Made by a program: the position numbers and the translations under genes. 64,000 nt of DNA, taken from a bacterium (lineage in GTDB: Bacteria; Sysuimicrobiota; Sysuimicrobiia; Sysuimicrobiales; Humicultoraceae). The stretch lies in the NCBI GenBank assembly GCA_041497675.1, contig JBGQGY010000002.1, positions 1 through 64,000 of the forward strand. Direction: 5' to 3'. Positions 9,161-19,009 of this stretch are shown here, piece by piece; the first letter of the stretch is position 1, and each line of letters starts with the position of its first letter. Under the pieces are notes generated by a model. The model was given only the letters and a program-made list of their open reading frames with translations, was not told the DNA's origin and did not search any database.

Positions 9161-9607
9161 CTAACGGGCACCGACGACGTTCAGATCGACGCGGACGACG
9201 ACGCCCGGCCGCAGCCGAACGGGGATCTTGTAAAATCCCTCCGCCTTAATGGGATCTGTGAGTTCGACCTGCCGGCGGGTCATAGCAAACCCCTTTGCCG
9301 TCAGTGCGTCGGCGATCTGCTGCGCGGTGACGGAACCAAAGAGCTTGCCGCCCTCACCCGACTTGCTGCGAATCTCGAGCACCAGGTCTTCCAATTGCTT
9401 CACCTGTGCTTCGGTCTCCTCCCGCTCGCGGGCGACACGGTGTTGCGCGGCGCGATATTGTTCTTCAAGACGGCGCGTGGCACCGGCGCTCGCCTCCACC
9501 GCGAGGCCTCGGGGAATCAGGTAGTTGCGCGCATGGCCCTCCTTGACGTCTACGACGGTGTTCGCCTTCCCCGTGCCCGGCAGATCCTTGAGCAGAATAA
9601 CCTTCAT
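9161..9607 (-). CDS. rplI: 50S ribosomal protein L9
   Basis: MKVILLKD...VKEGHARNYLIPRG...KLFGSVT; ATG overlaps the upstream stop. Confidence 0.97.
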   Translation of the reverse strand: MKVILLKDLPGTGKANTVVDVKEGHARNYLIPRGLAVEASAGATRRLEEQYRAAQHRVAREREETEAQVKQLEDLVLEIRSKSGEGGKLFGSVTAQQIADALTAKGFAMTRRQVELTDPIKAEGFYKIPVRLRPGVVVRVDLNVVGAR

Positions 9608-10614
9608 GACCCGGCTCCTGATGCTGCCGCACGCCGACTTCCCCACCGGTCGCGAATCTTCCACGACGTGTCGAGGATGCCGAGGATGAGCAACACCACA
9701 TTGATGAACGGCAACGCGGTTGACATCAACACGGCGACGGCGACCCCGATGGATTGCTCCCGCGGCGTGAAATCGAAATTGCCCAAAATCACCCACAGGA
9801 CGACCACACCCTGAAAGATAAAGGCAAACATCCCCAGTTGCACGGCGCTGGCGCCGACCGTCATGAGCGGGGCGATCGCGTAACGCTCGCCGGCCGCCGC
9901 GGCCACCAGCCCGAATAGCGGCAGCCATACGAACATGTCGGGCAGCCGCCAGGTCCGCATCGGTGGCAACGCGATGAGCCGGTAGCCGAACCGCGCCAGC
10001 ACCCGGCGCGCAACCTCAAAGTTCATCCATGCCGCAAACAAGGCGCCGGAAAAAATCATCCCGGGCAGGAGAATCGACAGGTGCTCGAACAGGAGCCGCA
10101 GCGGGGCCTGCATCGCGTCGATCTGGGTCTTGGCAATGCCCATCCGCTCGTAGAGCCGGGCCGCCATCGAGAGGCCTTCTTCCATTTGTCTGGCGAGACC
10201 CGTAGCAATCGCCGGTACACTCAGCCGCCCGCCGCCAAACACGATGCTGAGATTGATCAGGATCGTGATGCCGGTGACCGCCGCTGCGAGACCGATGATC
10301 CGGGGCGCCGGCCATTCCCGGCGCGCTCCAATACCGAGCACGATGCCCATGGGAGCGATGGAGATCAACACGCTGGCGCCGACGAGCGGACCGGCAATCA
10401 TCATGGCGACGAGCGCGCTGGCGACCCCGGCGATCGCCGCGATCCTGAGCCCCCGCCGCAGGACCAGGATTGCCAGCGGAAGAGGTGCGACCATCACCGC
10501 GACGATCCCGACCAGGGGAACGTAGTTGCTGACGGCCGCAAAGAAGGCCACCAGCGCTGCCAGCACGGCGCCTTCAGTCAGCCCTTGTGTTCGGAACCGG
10601 TCGGTGGACATCAC
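9604..10614 (-). CDS. YybS/DUF2232 family membrane protein
   Basis: Multi-TM protein starting TQGLTEGA, located between rpsR and rplI as is typical of yybS. Confidence 0.8.
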   Translation of the reverse strand: MMSTDRFRTQGLTEGAVLAALVAFFAAVSNYVPLVGIVAVMVAPLPLAILVLRRGLRIAAIAGVASALVAMMIAGPLVGASVLISIAPMGIVLGIGARREWPAPRIIGLAAAVTGITILINLSIVFGGGRLSVPAIATGLARQMEEGLSMAARLYERMGIAKTQIDAMQAPLRLLFEHLSILLPGMIFSGALFAAWMNFEVARRVLARFGYRLIALPPMRTWRLPDMFVWLPLFGLVAAAAGERYAIAPLMTVGASAVQLGMFAFIFQGVVVLWVILGNFDFTPREQSIGVAVAVLMSTALPFINVVLLILGILDTSWKIRDRWGSRRAAASGAGS

Positions 10615-10690
10615 CGCGTACGCATCGGGCCGCCAGGATCAGCGCCCGGCGACCTCCTGGTCGATCGGACGAGCGAATGAGGCGCTGGCG

Positions 10691-10948
10691 CTACTCTCCG
10701 GTGTACGGGAGCAGCGCCATCTCGCGCGCGCGCTTGATCGCGACCGCCAGTACCCGCTGATGCCTAGCGCAGTTTCCTGAGATCCGCCGGGGTAAGATCT
10801 TCCCACGGTCTGTGACAAAACGCCGGAGACGCAGCGAATCCTTGTAGTCGATCTCTTTGCCCTTTTCGACGCAAAAGGTACAGTTTTTCCGCTTGGGCCT
10901 GCGGCCCCGCCACTGTTTTCTTGGTGCGTCCCTGTCCCTTTCAGCCAT
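10691..10948 (-). CDS. rpsR: 30S ribosomal protein S18 (Zn-binding form)
   Basis: [33 protein letters not shown]. Confidence 0.97.
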   Translation of the reverse strand: MAERDRDAPRKQWRGRRPKRKNCTFCVEKGKEIDYKDSLRLRRFVTDRGKILPRRISGNCARHQRVLAVAIKRAREMALLPYTGE

Positions 10949-10962
10949 ACGCGCTCCCTCCG

Positions 10963-11355
10963 CTAGAACGGAACGTCTTGTTCGGGTTCCTCGGCGAACT
11001 CTTCGCCCTGCGCCACACCGGCCGGCACACCGGTGGCCTTGCGGTCGAGGAACCGCACGCCGTCGGCCACGACTTCCGCGACCTTTCGCTTCTGACCATC
11101 CTGGGTCTCGTACGAGCGGATCTGCAACCGCCCTTCAACGGCGACCAGCCGTCCTTTGCTCAGGTGCTGGCTAACCTGCTCAGCGAGCTTGCGCCAGGCG
11201 ACGATATCGATGAAGTCGGTGTCGTGTTCGCCGGCCTGGTTCGTGAACGGGCGATCGACGGCCAGCGTGAACTGCGCCACGGGGTGGCCGCTCGGCACGT
11301 ATCGCAACTCGGGGTCGCGGGTCAGACGCCCAATCAGGATAATGCGATTCAGCAT
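10963..11355 (-). CDS. ssb: Single-stranded DNA-binding protein
   Basis: [18 protein letters not shown]...; acidic tail ending DVPF. Confidence 0.97.
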   Translation of the reverse strand: MLNRIILIGRLTRDPELRYVPSGHPVAQFTLAVDRPFTNQAGEHDTDFIDIVAWRKLAEQVSQHLSKGRLVAVEGRLQIRSYETQDGQKRKVAEVVADGVRFLDRKATGVPAGVAQGEEFAEEPEQDVPF

Positions 11356-11387
11356 GGTGCTCCCCCCTTGCGGGCTTTTCGGCCCGC

Positions 11388-11771
11388 CTACTTGGTCCCC
11401 CCGGTCGGCGGCGCAGGCTCAGGTTGCGCCGGGGCGGCGGGGGGGATAGGCGGAGTGGAGGGTTGTGCAGCCTTTGGCGCAATCGATCCGACAGCCTGAG
11501 TGACCGAGGCACGGAGAACATTTTCGGTGATTCCCAGCGTGCGCTTGATTTCCGGGATGCCTTCGCCGGGGGCGGAAAACCGCACGAACACATAGTGGCC
11601 CTCTCGGTAGCGCTGAAGCGAGTAGGCCATCCGGCGTTTGCCCCAGATGTCGGTGTGCTCGATGGTCGCGTGTTGTTCGGCGAGACGCTGAGCGACCCGC
11701 GCGATGACGGCGTTCATCGCCTCCGTATCGAGGTCGGGTTTGACAATATACACCAAATCGTAGCTTCTCAA
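11388..11771 (-). CDS. rpsF: 30S ribosomal protein S6
   Basis: RSYDLVYIVKPDL, WGKRRMAY, EGHYV; TTG start after GAGGAGG. Confidence 0.93.
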   Translation of the reverse strand: MRSYDLVYIVKPDLDTEAMNAVIARVAQRLAEQHATIEHTDIWGKRRMAYSLQRYREGHYVFVRFSAPGEGIPEIKRTLGITENVLRASVTQAVGSIAPKAAQPSTPPIPPAAPAQPEPAPPTGGTK

Positions 11772-11777
11772 GGCAGC

Positions 11778-11875
11778 CCCTCCTCCTCTGGACTTCCGTA
11801 TCCGGGGAACGGATCCGGAGGGCTTTCGCCCACGGCCCTCCCCTACGATGGGCACCGGGAGAGGGCAGGAGGAAC
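11778..11875 (-). ncRNA. S6:S18 ribosomal protein leader (cis-regulatory RNA)
   Basis: CCTCCTGCCC...GGGCCG...GTCCAGAGGAGG: anti-SD/SD stem plus the conserved CCG next to a hairpin, upstream of rpsF. Confidence 0.7.
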
Positions 11876-11927
11876 GCGCGCCCCGCCCCCGAGCGGGCAT
11901 GCGGCGCACGTTCTGTAAGCGAAGCCA

Positions 11928-11956
11928 ATTCTATCATCGGCGCCCGGGGGGGACAA
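11928..11956 (-). promoter_or_regulatory. sigma70 promoter of the rpsF operon
   Basis: TTGTCC-17 bp-TAGAAT with extended TG. Confidence 0.75.
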
Positions 11957-12048
11957 GTACGGGGTAGGGGATCCGCAGGCGGGGCGGCTTGAGGGCGGTA
12001 CTGATCCGCGGGGCGGCAGGGGGTTGGCGATCGCGGAGTGACGCCCCC

Positions 12049-13116
12049 TTACGTCGCGAATCGAAACGTGATCACGTCACCGTCGCGCACCACGTAGTCA
12101 CGACCCTCGAGACGGGTCAGACCCCGTTCGCGCGCCGCCTGCAGGCTCCCCGCGGCGGCCAGGGCATCCCAGGCGATCACCTCCGCGCGGATGAAGCCCT
12201 GCGCCATGTCGGTATGAATCCGGCCGGCGGCGTCGACCGCGTGGGTGCCCCGGGGGATGGGCCAGGCGCGGACTTCGTGTGACAGCACCGTGAAGAAGCT
12301 GAGCAGCCCGAGCAGGTCGAAGCTCGCGCGAATCAGACGCGGCAGACCGGGTTCGGCGAGTCCCAACGCGGCCAGATACGCCCTCGCCTCTTCATCCGAC
12401 AGGTCGCGCAACTCGGCCTCCAGACGCGCCGCCAGCACGAGACATCCCGCTCCCTGCCGTTCTGCGAGCGTCCGGAGCGCCGCGGCCCGCGGGCCGCCAT
12501 CCGGCAATTCGGCCTCGTCGACGTTTGCCACATAGAGCACCGGCTTCGCCGTCAGCAGACGTAGCTCGCGTACGGCATCGGCGCTCTGCCCGTCGACGAC
12601 CTGCCGTCGCATGGGAACCCCTTGGGCGAGGCGTTCGGCCAGTGCCTGCAGCGATGCGGCCTGGGCCCGGGCGGCGGTGTCCCCGGACTTCGCCCTGCCA
12701 CGCGCGCGATCGACCGCGTGTTCGACCGTCTCCAAATCGGCCAGGGCCAGCTCGGTCTCGACGAGTTCGGCGTCGCGCACGGGATCGAGGTCACCCTCCG
12801 CCCGCACGACGTGCACGAGGGCATCCGCCTCGCGGATGTGCGACAGAAATCGGTTGCCCAGACCCTCACCTGTTGCCGCGCCCTGCACCAACCCGGCGAT
12901 GTCGATGAACTGAACCGTCGCCGGCACGAGGCGCTCCGGGTGTATGACGCCGGCGATCGCCTTCAGCCGGTCATCGGGGACGATGGCCTGTCCGAGGTTG
13001 GGCTCGATCGTGGTGAACGGGTACGACGCGACCGCCGCGCCGCCGTGGGTCAGCGCGTTGAAAAGCGTGGACTTACCGGCGTTGGGAAGCCCAACCAGAC
13101 CGAGCGCCAGACCCAT
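12049..13116 (-). CDS. ychF: Redox-regulated ATPase YchF
   Basis: GLPNAGKSTLFNALT, YPFTTIEPN, DIAGLV, GLGNRFL, IHTDMAQGFIRAE, TGS end EGRDYVVRDGD. Confidence 0.95.
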   Translation of the reverse strand: MGLALGLVGLPNAGKSTLFNALTHGGAAVASYPFTTIEPNLGQAIVPDDRLKAIAGVIHPERLVPATVQFIDIAGLVQGAATGEGLGNRFLSHIREADALVHVVRAEGDLDPVRDAELVETELALADLETVEHAVDRARGRAKSGDTAARAQAASLQALAERLAQGVPMRRQVVDGQSADAVRELRLLTAKPVLYVANVDEAELPDGGPRAAALRTLAERQGAGCLVLAARLEAELRDLSDEEARAYLAALGLAEPGLPRLIRASFDLLGLLSFFTVLSHEVRAWPIPRGTHAVDAAGRIHTDMAQGFIRAEVIAWDALAAAGSLQAARERGLTRLEGRDYVVRDGDVITFRFAT

Positions 13117-13166
13117 GCACAGACACTACCACAGGGCGCCCGGTCGTCTCCTGCGGTCCCCAGGGT

Positions 13167-16100
13167 TCAGACCGTCTGGGAGACGTGCACCTTGTTGCCG
13201 CCGGACCGCTTGGCGATATACTGCGCCTGGTCGACCGCCTCGACGAGCGCATCCACGGTCAGGCCGTCGGCCGGGAATGTGGCGACACCCACGCTGAGCG
13301 TCACAGTGGCGATAACGTCGGTGCCCAGGATGAGCGGGTACGCCTCGACGGCCCGCCGCAGACGCTCGGCGGTCTCCTGGGCCGGCCCTTTCCCCGCCCC
13401 CGGCAGCACCACCATGAACTCGTCGCCGCCGTAGCGGGCGACGATGTCGGAGGGACGGCTGCCGCGCCGCAGCAGCATCGAGACGGTCCGCAGCACTTCG
13501 TCGCCGCTCTGATGGCCATAGGTATCGTTGCACCGCTTGAAGTTATCGATCTCCAACATGATCAGCGAGAGCGGCAGCCCGTCGCGACGACCGCGCTCGA
13601 TCACGCGGTCCATCGCTTCATAGAGGTACCGCCGGTTGAACAGTTCGGTGAGACCGTCGGTGATCGCCAGACGCTGGGCGTGTTCGTAGAGGTGCGCGTT
13701 CTGAATGGCGATCACGGCATACGACGCCAGCGTCGTCAGCATGTGCAGGTCGCGCTGGCCGAACGCCGCCAGCCGCGACGACTCCACGTTAAACACGCCG
13801 AGGACCTTGCCGTCGGCGATCAGCGGGACCGCCAGTTCGGATCGCGTGCGCTCGTCGGTACGATAATACCTCGAGTCCTGCCGCACGTCGTCGACCATCA
13901 ACGGCGAGCCGGTACGCGCCACCCACCCGGTGATACCGACCCCGTTCGGGATCCGCATGCCGGTGATCGACTCCGAATAGCCGTATGAGGCCGCCACGGA
14001 AAGATCGCTGGTCTCCTGACCGACCAGCATCAGCGTCCCATTGTCGTAGCCGAATGAGCGGCACGTGACGGACACCAGGCTGTCGAGCAGGGTGTGGAGA
14101 TCGAGGGTGCCGCTGACAGACTTCGCGGCTTCGTACAGCACCTGGAGTTCGTCATGGGCCTTCCGGAGTTCTTCGTAGAGCGACGCGTTTCGAACGGCGA
14201 CGCTCAGCTGCTGCCCCAGCGCGATCAGGAGTTCGAACATCTGAGGGGTGACCGGATGCGCCGCGGTCCCGTCGACCAGGATCACGCCGGCGGCCGCCCC
14301 GTCGAGCAGGATCGGGACGGCGGCCCGCGTGGTCGCGTCCAGCGATCGCGTAATATCGTCGGGGTCGTCGCGCGGGCCCGTGAGGTGCTCGGCACGGCCC
14401 GAGCGCACGACGCGCCCCACCAAACCGGTCGTCGCCGGGAGGTCGGCCGGGAGTGCCGGCGTGCCGGTCTGGGCGCCCAGACGCAGCCATGATCCCCCGA
14501 GGCGGTAGATCGCGACACGCGGCGCTCCGGTCGCCGAGGCCAGTTCGGTCACGGCCGTCCGCATGATCTCCGTCAGATCCAGTGACGCGCTGACCGACCC
14601 GACGATCCGGTTCACCAGGACGACCTCGTCCCGCCGCCGCTCGCTCTGCGCCAGCAGGATCGTATGCTCCGCAGCCACGCTCGCCTGCTCGGCGAAGGCC
14701 TCGGCGACACGCAACTGGTCGGCCGGAAAATCGTGTGGTCGGTCGTGCAGGAGCGCAAGCACGCCCAGCACTTCGCCCTTCGACCGCAGCGGGATGAAGG
14801 CGCCCGCCTTCAACCCTTCGATGGCCGCCGCCGCCCGCAGTCGCCCCATCCGGAGGTCGCTGCCCAAATCGGGCACAACCAGGTGGTTCAGGCCGGGCCC
14901 CATGAAGCCGCCGATCCCCGCGCGGAACTGCTGGCGAATCGCCTGCGCAAACTCCTCCGACAGACCGGTGGAGAATGCTTCGGCCAGGTTCCCTTGCGCA
15001 TCCCAGGTCAGCAGGGCGCAGCGCGTGATCCCCAAGACGTCATGCGTCGTCTCGGCGATGACGCGAAAGATTTCGCGAAGGTCCTGCGTGCCGACGAGGC
15101 GACGGGAGATGCGCATCATCGCTTCCATCTGGCTCAGCTGCGCCGCCATCGACGTGTGCAGTCGCGCGTTCTCGATCGCGACTGCGCCCTGGGTGGCAAT
15201 CGCTTCAACCGTGGCGATCTCGCTCTCGCCAAACGGTTTGGCCTCGGTCCGCACGACGGTGAGCGCGCCGATCGGCCGCCCCTGCTTGATCAACGGGACG
15301 GTCAGCGCGCAGCACGCCTCGGGCAACGCCTGCAGCGATGGACATGGGCTGGGTGCCGCCTCCAGGTCCTCGCACGTCACCGCGCGCCGATCGCGGAACG
15401 CCTTCACCGCCTCATAGAGGGCGCCCGCGTCCGCGTCGATCCTGGCGCGCAGCCGCTTGAACTCCCCTTCGTCGGTGCCGTACACCGCCTGCCCATACAG
15501 CTCACGGTTGCGTTCATCGTACAGTGACAGGAACGCAAACCGGGCCCCGAGTGTCTCCGCCGCCTGCACGACCAGATGCCGGTAGGCCTCGTCGAGATCG
15601 AGCGTGCCACCGGCCTGGAGCCCCAAGTGCTGCAGCGCCGCCAGCCGCTCCACCTGACGCTGCGAGTCCTCAAAGAGATGGGCATTGCGGATCGCAAGCG
15701 CAGCCTGACCGGCCAGCGTGGTCAGAAGACGCTCGTGCCGATCGGTGAAGAAGTTGCGCGTCCCTTTCGCCAGGACGATCGCGCCCCAGACGTCCCACCC
15801 GCTGGTGATCGGGACCATGATCGCCGATCGCACCGCACCACGCCCGAACACCGTGTCGGCATGCGGGCTGCGTCGGGGATCACGCTCGTAGTCATTCACA
15901 CGAACCGCGCGGCCGGTGCGCAGGACGTGCGCGGTGATACCGTGGGGTGGAAATTCCTTCGCGCGGGCGATGCTCCCCGGCCCGTGGTAGTGCGCCAGGT
16001 GCGGCTCGGTTCTGGCGGAGTCCCGCAAGTAGATGAGAAGGATATCGAGGGATACGAGCCGCTCGACGCCGTTGGCGACCGTCTGCACGATCTCGCCCAC

Positions 16101-16883
16101 CGACAGGCTACGGTTCATCTCCGTGGCCGTCGCGTAGAGCACTTCCAGTTCGTCGACGACCTGCCGGCGGCTAGCGTACATCAACAGCGTGACGGTCACC
16201 ATCGCCGCGGGGATCGAGAGGAACAGGGCCGAGGGGTGCAACACACCCGTCACGACCAACGCGACGATCGTGCCAAACGCGAATAGCACGGTGGTGTTCA
16301 CGAGCTCCAAAACCAGGTTGGCGCTGAGCACGTCGAGAAACGCGGTCCGCCGGTCGATGGCCACGCGCACCGAGACCAAGGCGGTCGAGACCAACACAAA
16401 CGCGAACGCCGCCGAAATCACCGCCAGCGTGAATGGGACCTCGGGGCGGGCGAGGAGAATGGGCAGCGTCCATGTCGCGGGGCTGGGAATCACGATGTAG
16501 GCGAGGAACCTGGCCGCGATGGTGGCCAGCATGACCTGCGCGGCGTTGAACACGGTGATCAAGACCGGCCGGCGGTGCAGCAGCCCGTTGCCCAAAACGA
16601 TGCCGATGCCCATCGCAACGGCAGTTGCCGGCGCGCCGAACAGCACCAGGGCCGCCGCGGTCACAATGGGGGTCATCGTCTGGTACCCGCCGCCGGGCAT
16701 GGGGACGACGATGGCGCTGGTGGCGATGGAGGCGACGATCAGGACAACAAAGACGAGCGCCGGCGGCCAGGCAGCGCCGGGCAAGGTGGTAGCCAGCCCA
16801 CCGAGCGCGGCGACAACGACGAGCCAGGTGAACGCGGCGCCGTCCGCGCGCATGCCATGCCAGATCCGGCGGAGCACCTTCAC
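13167..16883 (-). CDS. Membrane-anchored multi-GAF diguanylate cyclase
   Basis: Hydrophobic N-terminal ~235 aa, five GAF-like repeats (each ending in an A.Q.A.AI.NA.L-type helix), TDGLT, RPSD I-site, YGGDEF. Confidence 0.92.
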   Translation of the reverse strand: MKVLRRIWHGMRADGAAFTWLVVVAALGGLATTLPGAAWPPALVFVVLIVASIATSAIVVPMPGGGYQTMTPIVTAAALVLFGAPATAVAMGIGIVLGNGLLHRRPVLITVFNAAQVMLATIAARFLAYIVIPSPATWTLPILLARPEVPFTLAVISAAFAFVLVSTALVSVRVAIDRRTAFLDVLSANLVLELVNTTVLFAFGTIVALVVTGVLHPSALFLSIPAAMVTVTLLMYASRRQVVDELEVLYATATEMNRSLSVGEIVQTVANGVERLVSLDILLIYLRDSARTEPHLAHYHGPGSIARAKEFPPHGITAHVLRTGRAVRVNDYERDPRRSPHADTVFGRGAVRSAIMVPITSGWDVWGAIVLAKGTRNFFTDRHERLLTTLAGQAALAIRNAHLFEDSQRQVERLAALQHLGLQAGGTLDLDEAYRHLVVQAAETLGARFAFLSLYDERNRELYGQAVYGTDEGEFKRLRARIDADAGALYEAVKAFRDRRAVTCEDLEAAPSPCPSLQALPEACCALTVPLIKQGRPIGALTVVRTEAKPFGESEIATVEAIATQGAVAIENARLHTSMAAQLSQMEAMMRISRRLVGTQDLREIFRVIAETTHDVLGITRCALLTWDAQGNLAEAFSTGLSEEFAQAIRQQFRAGIGGFMGPGLNHLVVPDLGSDLRMGRLRAAAAIEGLKAGAFIPLRSKGEVLGVLALLHDRPHDFPADQLRVAEAFAEQASVAAEHTILLAQSERRRDEVVLVNRIVGSVSASLDLTEIMRTAVTELASATGAPRVAIYRLGGSWLRLGAQTGTPALPADLPATTGLVGRVVRSGRAEHLTGPRDDPDDITRSLDATTRAAVPILLDGAAAGVILVDGTAAHPVTPQMFELLIALGQQLSVAVRNASLYEELRKAHDELQVLYEAAKSVSGTLDLHTLLDSLVSVTCRSFGYDNGTLMLVGQETSDLSVAASYGYSESITGMRIPNGVGITGWVARTGSPLMVDDVRQDSRYYRTDERTRSELAVPLIADGKVLGVFNVESSRLAAFGQRDLHMLTTLASYAVIAIQNAHLYEHAQRLAITDGLTELFNRRYLYEAMDRVIERGRRDGLPLSLIMLEIDNFKRCNDTYGHQSGDEVLRTVSMLLRRGSRPSDIVARYGGDEFMVVLPGAGKGPAQETAERLRRAVEAYPLILGTDVIATVTLSVGVATFPADGLTVDALVEAVDQAQYIAKRSGGNKVHVSQTV

Positions 16884-17113
16884 TCCCCTTGCGGCGGTGG
16901 TTGGTCTGGCCCCTCCGCGCCCTCACCCCGCCGGATAAATGCGCGTACCCGGCGCTCGAACTTCACTCGAGGCATGAGCACGCGCCGCCCGCATTTCAGG
17001 CAGCGGATGCCGATGTCTGCCCCGAGCCGCACGACTTCCCACTGGTCGTTGCCACAGGGATGGGTTTTGCGCATGCGGACGACATCCCCCAGGACGACCT
17101 TCAGCACCGGCAC
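16880..17113 (-). CDS. DUF951 family protein
   Basis: GDVVRMRKTHPCG..WEVVRLGADIGIRCLKCGRRVLMPR. Confidence 0.85.
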   Translation of the reverse strand: MPVLKVVLGDVVRMRKTHPCGNDQWEVVRLGADIGIRCLKCGRRVLMPRVKFERRVRAFIRRGEGAEGPDQPPPQGE

Positions 17114-17177
17114 GGTGCGAACGCCTCCTGCCCGGCCAGGGTCTGTCGTGGCATAGGGGTTGTGCCCAATTTGGGGA

Positions 17178-18680
17178 CTAGCGAGTCGGGATCAGGGCGT
17201 CCACAGGCGCGAAATCGTCTGAGAGCACAGGCACGTCATCCATCCGGATCGGCGCCTGATACAACGTGCCGGCCGCATCGACGAAGCGATCAACGGTCAC
17301 GACGCGCCCGGCGGCAAGTCCGCGGGCGCGTCGCAGGATCTCGTCGGCGGGCAGCGCCGGCGCGTCGGTCCCAATGATGATGATGTTGCGCAACGAGTTG
17401 GGGGAGCCGTACTGGTTGAAGTCGACCGGGAACACATATACTGTTGTAAACACTTGCCTTACCGTCTTGTAGATCGCCCGGAACAACCGCGAATCCGGCC
17501 CGTCCAGCGCCCCAATAATGTTCGACGCCACCACACCCCCCGGCGCGAGCCGCGCCCTCGCCAGCATGAAGAACTCCCGGGTCGCCAGGTGGAAGGGGAT
17601 CGTGTCTTTCAAGTAGGCGTCGGTCATGATGATATCCTGGGGCTCGGCGGTCAGACGCAGGTGCAGCCGGCCGTCACGGGCGTCAACGCGAAGCCTGTCG
17701 CCCAGCCGCACGCCAAAATACTGCTGCGCCGCGGTCGCCACCTGCGGATCGATCTCGGCCACGGCCACCACGACGCTTGGGTAGTCGGCCACGTATCGAT
17801 CGGGCACCGTCCCGCCGCCAAGACCGATCATGGTCATCCGCGACGGCTTTGCGACAAAGATCAACGGTAGATGCATGTAATCGGCGTATGCGAAGACCGT
17901 CCGCCGCGGATTGTCGCGATCCTTTGCGCTCTGCCAGTAGTTGTCGAGTCTGAGGTAACGGATCGAGCCTTCGTCTGAGATCGTGATGCGATGATAGACC
18001 GTGTCCTTTGCGTACACGGTGCTGGACGACCGGACCGGCGACGGCTGGGCGAATCCGCCGGCGATCATGACGACCACCACCAGCGCGCCTACTCCGGCGG
18101 GCAGGAGGCGGCGGGAGGTGAGCCAGCCGAGCACGGCCATCCCCATCAGCAGGAACCCCATCAGGGTGATGATCGCCCGCACGCCCAGATAGTTGATCAG
18201 CACAAACGACGTGGCCAGCGTCCCCGCGATGGACCCTACGGTGCTCAGGGCGTACAGCGACCCGGCAGTCTGCCCCATGGTGGCCACGGCCCGGGCCCGC
18301 AGCCGGACCGCAAACGGCGAGACCATACCCATGACGATGCTGGGCACGACGAACAACGCGATCGCCCCGAGCAGCGGACTCAACTGTGGCCCCGCGTTCG
18401 CCCGGGCGATACTGTCCAGCACCGGCGCCGCGATCATGGGGATTGGCACCGTCAGCAGTCCCGCCACGAACACGATTCCCGAGAAGAGGGCAGGCGACGG
18501 GTACCGATCGGCGAACCGCCCGCCGACCGCGTACCCAACGCTGAGCGCGGCCAGGAAGACCCCAATCAGGCTGCCCCAGACGTAGATCGAGTTGCCAAAG
18601 TACGGCGCGAGCACGCGGCTGGCAATGATTTCCAGCGACAACAGCACTCCGCCGCTGGTAAAGACAATGATCTCGAGAAT
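17178..18680 (-). CDS. Fused membrane (MFS-like)/spermidine synthase-like methyltransferase
   Basis: EIIASRVLAPYFGNS..WGSLIG TM domain, IGLGGG, EIDP, DGR, DAY, PFHLATREF, VLSDDFAPV; start either ATT 18680 or GTG 18647. Confidence 0.88.
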   Translation of the reverse strand: MLEIIVFTSGGVLLSLEIIASRVLAPYFGNSIYVWGSLIGVFLAALSVGYAVGGRFADRYPSPALFSGIVFVAGLLTVPIPMIAAPVLDSIARANAGPQLSPLLGAIALFVVPSIVMGMVSPFAVRLRARAVATMGQTAGSLYALSTVGSIAGTLATSFVLINYLGVRAIITLMGFLLMGMAVLGWLTSRRLLPAGVGALVVVVMIAGGFAQPSPVRSSSTVYAKDTVYHRITISDEGSIRYLRLDNYWQSAKDRDNPRRTVFAYADYMHLPLIFVAKPSRMTMIGLGGGTVPDRYVADYPSVVVAVAEIDPQVATAAQQYFGVRLGDRLRVDARDGRLHLRLTAEPQDIIMTDAYLKDTIPFHLATREFFMLARARLAPGGVVASNIIGALDGPDSRLFRAIYKTVRQVFTTVYVFPVDFNQYGSPNSLRNIIIIGTDAPALPADEILRRARGLAAGRVVTVDRFVDAAGTLYQAPIRMDDVPVLSDDFAPVDALIPTR

Positions 18681-18774
18681 GACCCCTCACCTCCGCAACA
18701 TCAGAGCCGTCTGCCGATCCAGTGGTTGGTGACTAAGAGCATACATCTCCGCGGAACAGATTCCCTTCGCTGAT

Positions 18775-18957
18775 TTCAGCGAAGCCATGTACCTCCTCGG
18801 CGACGCCGCCGGGTGGATGGGCCAGGAACCGCTGTGGCGTCTGGTACGTCGCGGAGACCTTCATCTTGCGGAGAGTCACTCGAGAGCGATCGTGAGAATG
18901 GCCGCCCTGATGGCAAAATACCGCGACCTGCCCAAACCCTTCGAACTCATCCCCTGA
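18775..18957 (+). pseudogene. PIN/VapC toxin remnant
   Basis: FSEAMYLLGDAAGW.GQEPLWRLVRRGDL...MAALMAKYRDLP-KPFELIP*; lacks the N-terminus and the MDxAD..FTLD segment; not in the ORF track. Confidence 0.65.
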
Positions 18958-19009
18958 TGATCTCGTCGATCATGCCCACCTGTCCTGGCTTACGACCTCT
19001 TCACGCGGC

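Noticed and set aside
13167..13700. Hypr-type GGDEF making cGAMP
   Set aside because: Retains Asp in GHQSGD, the guanine-specific residue
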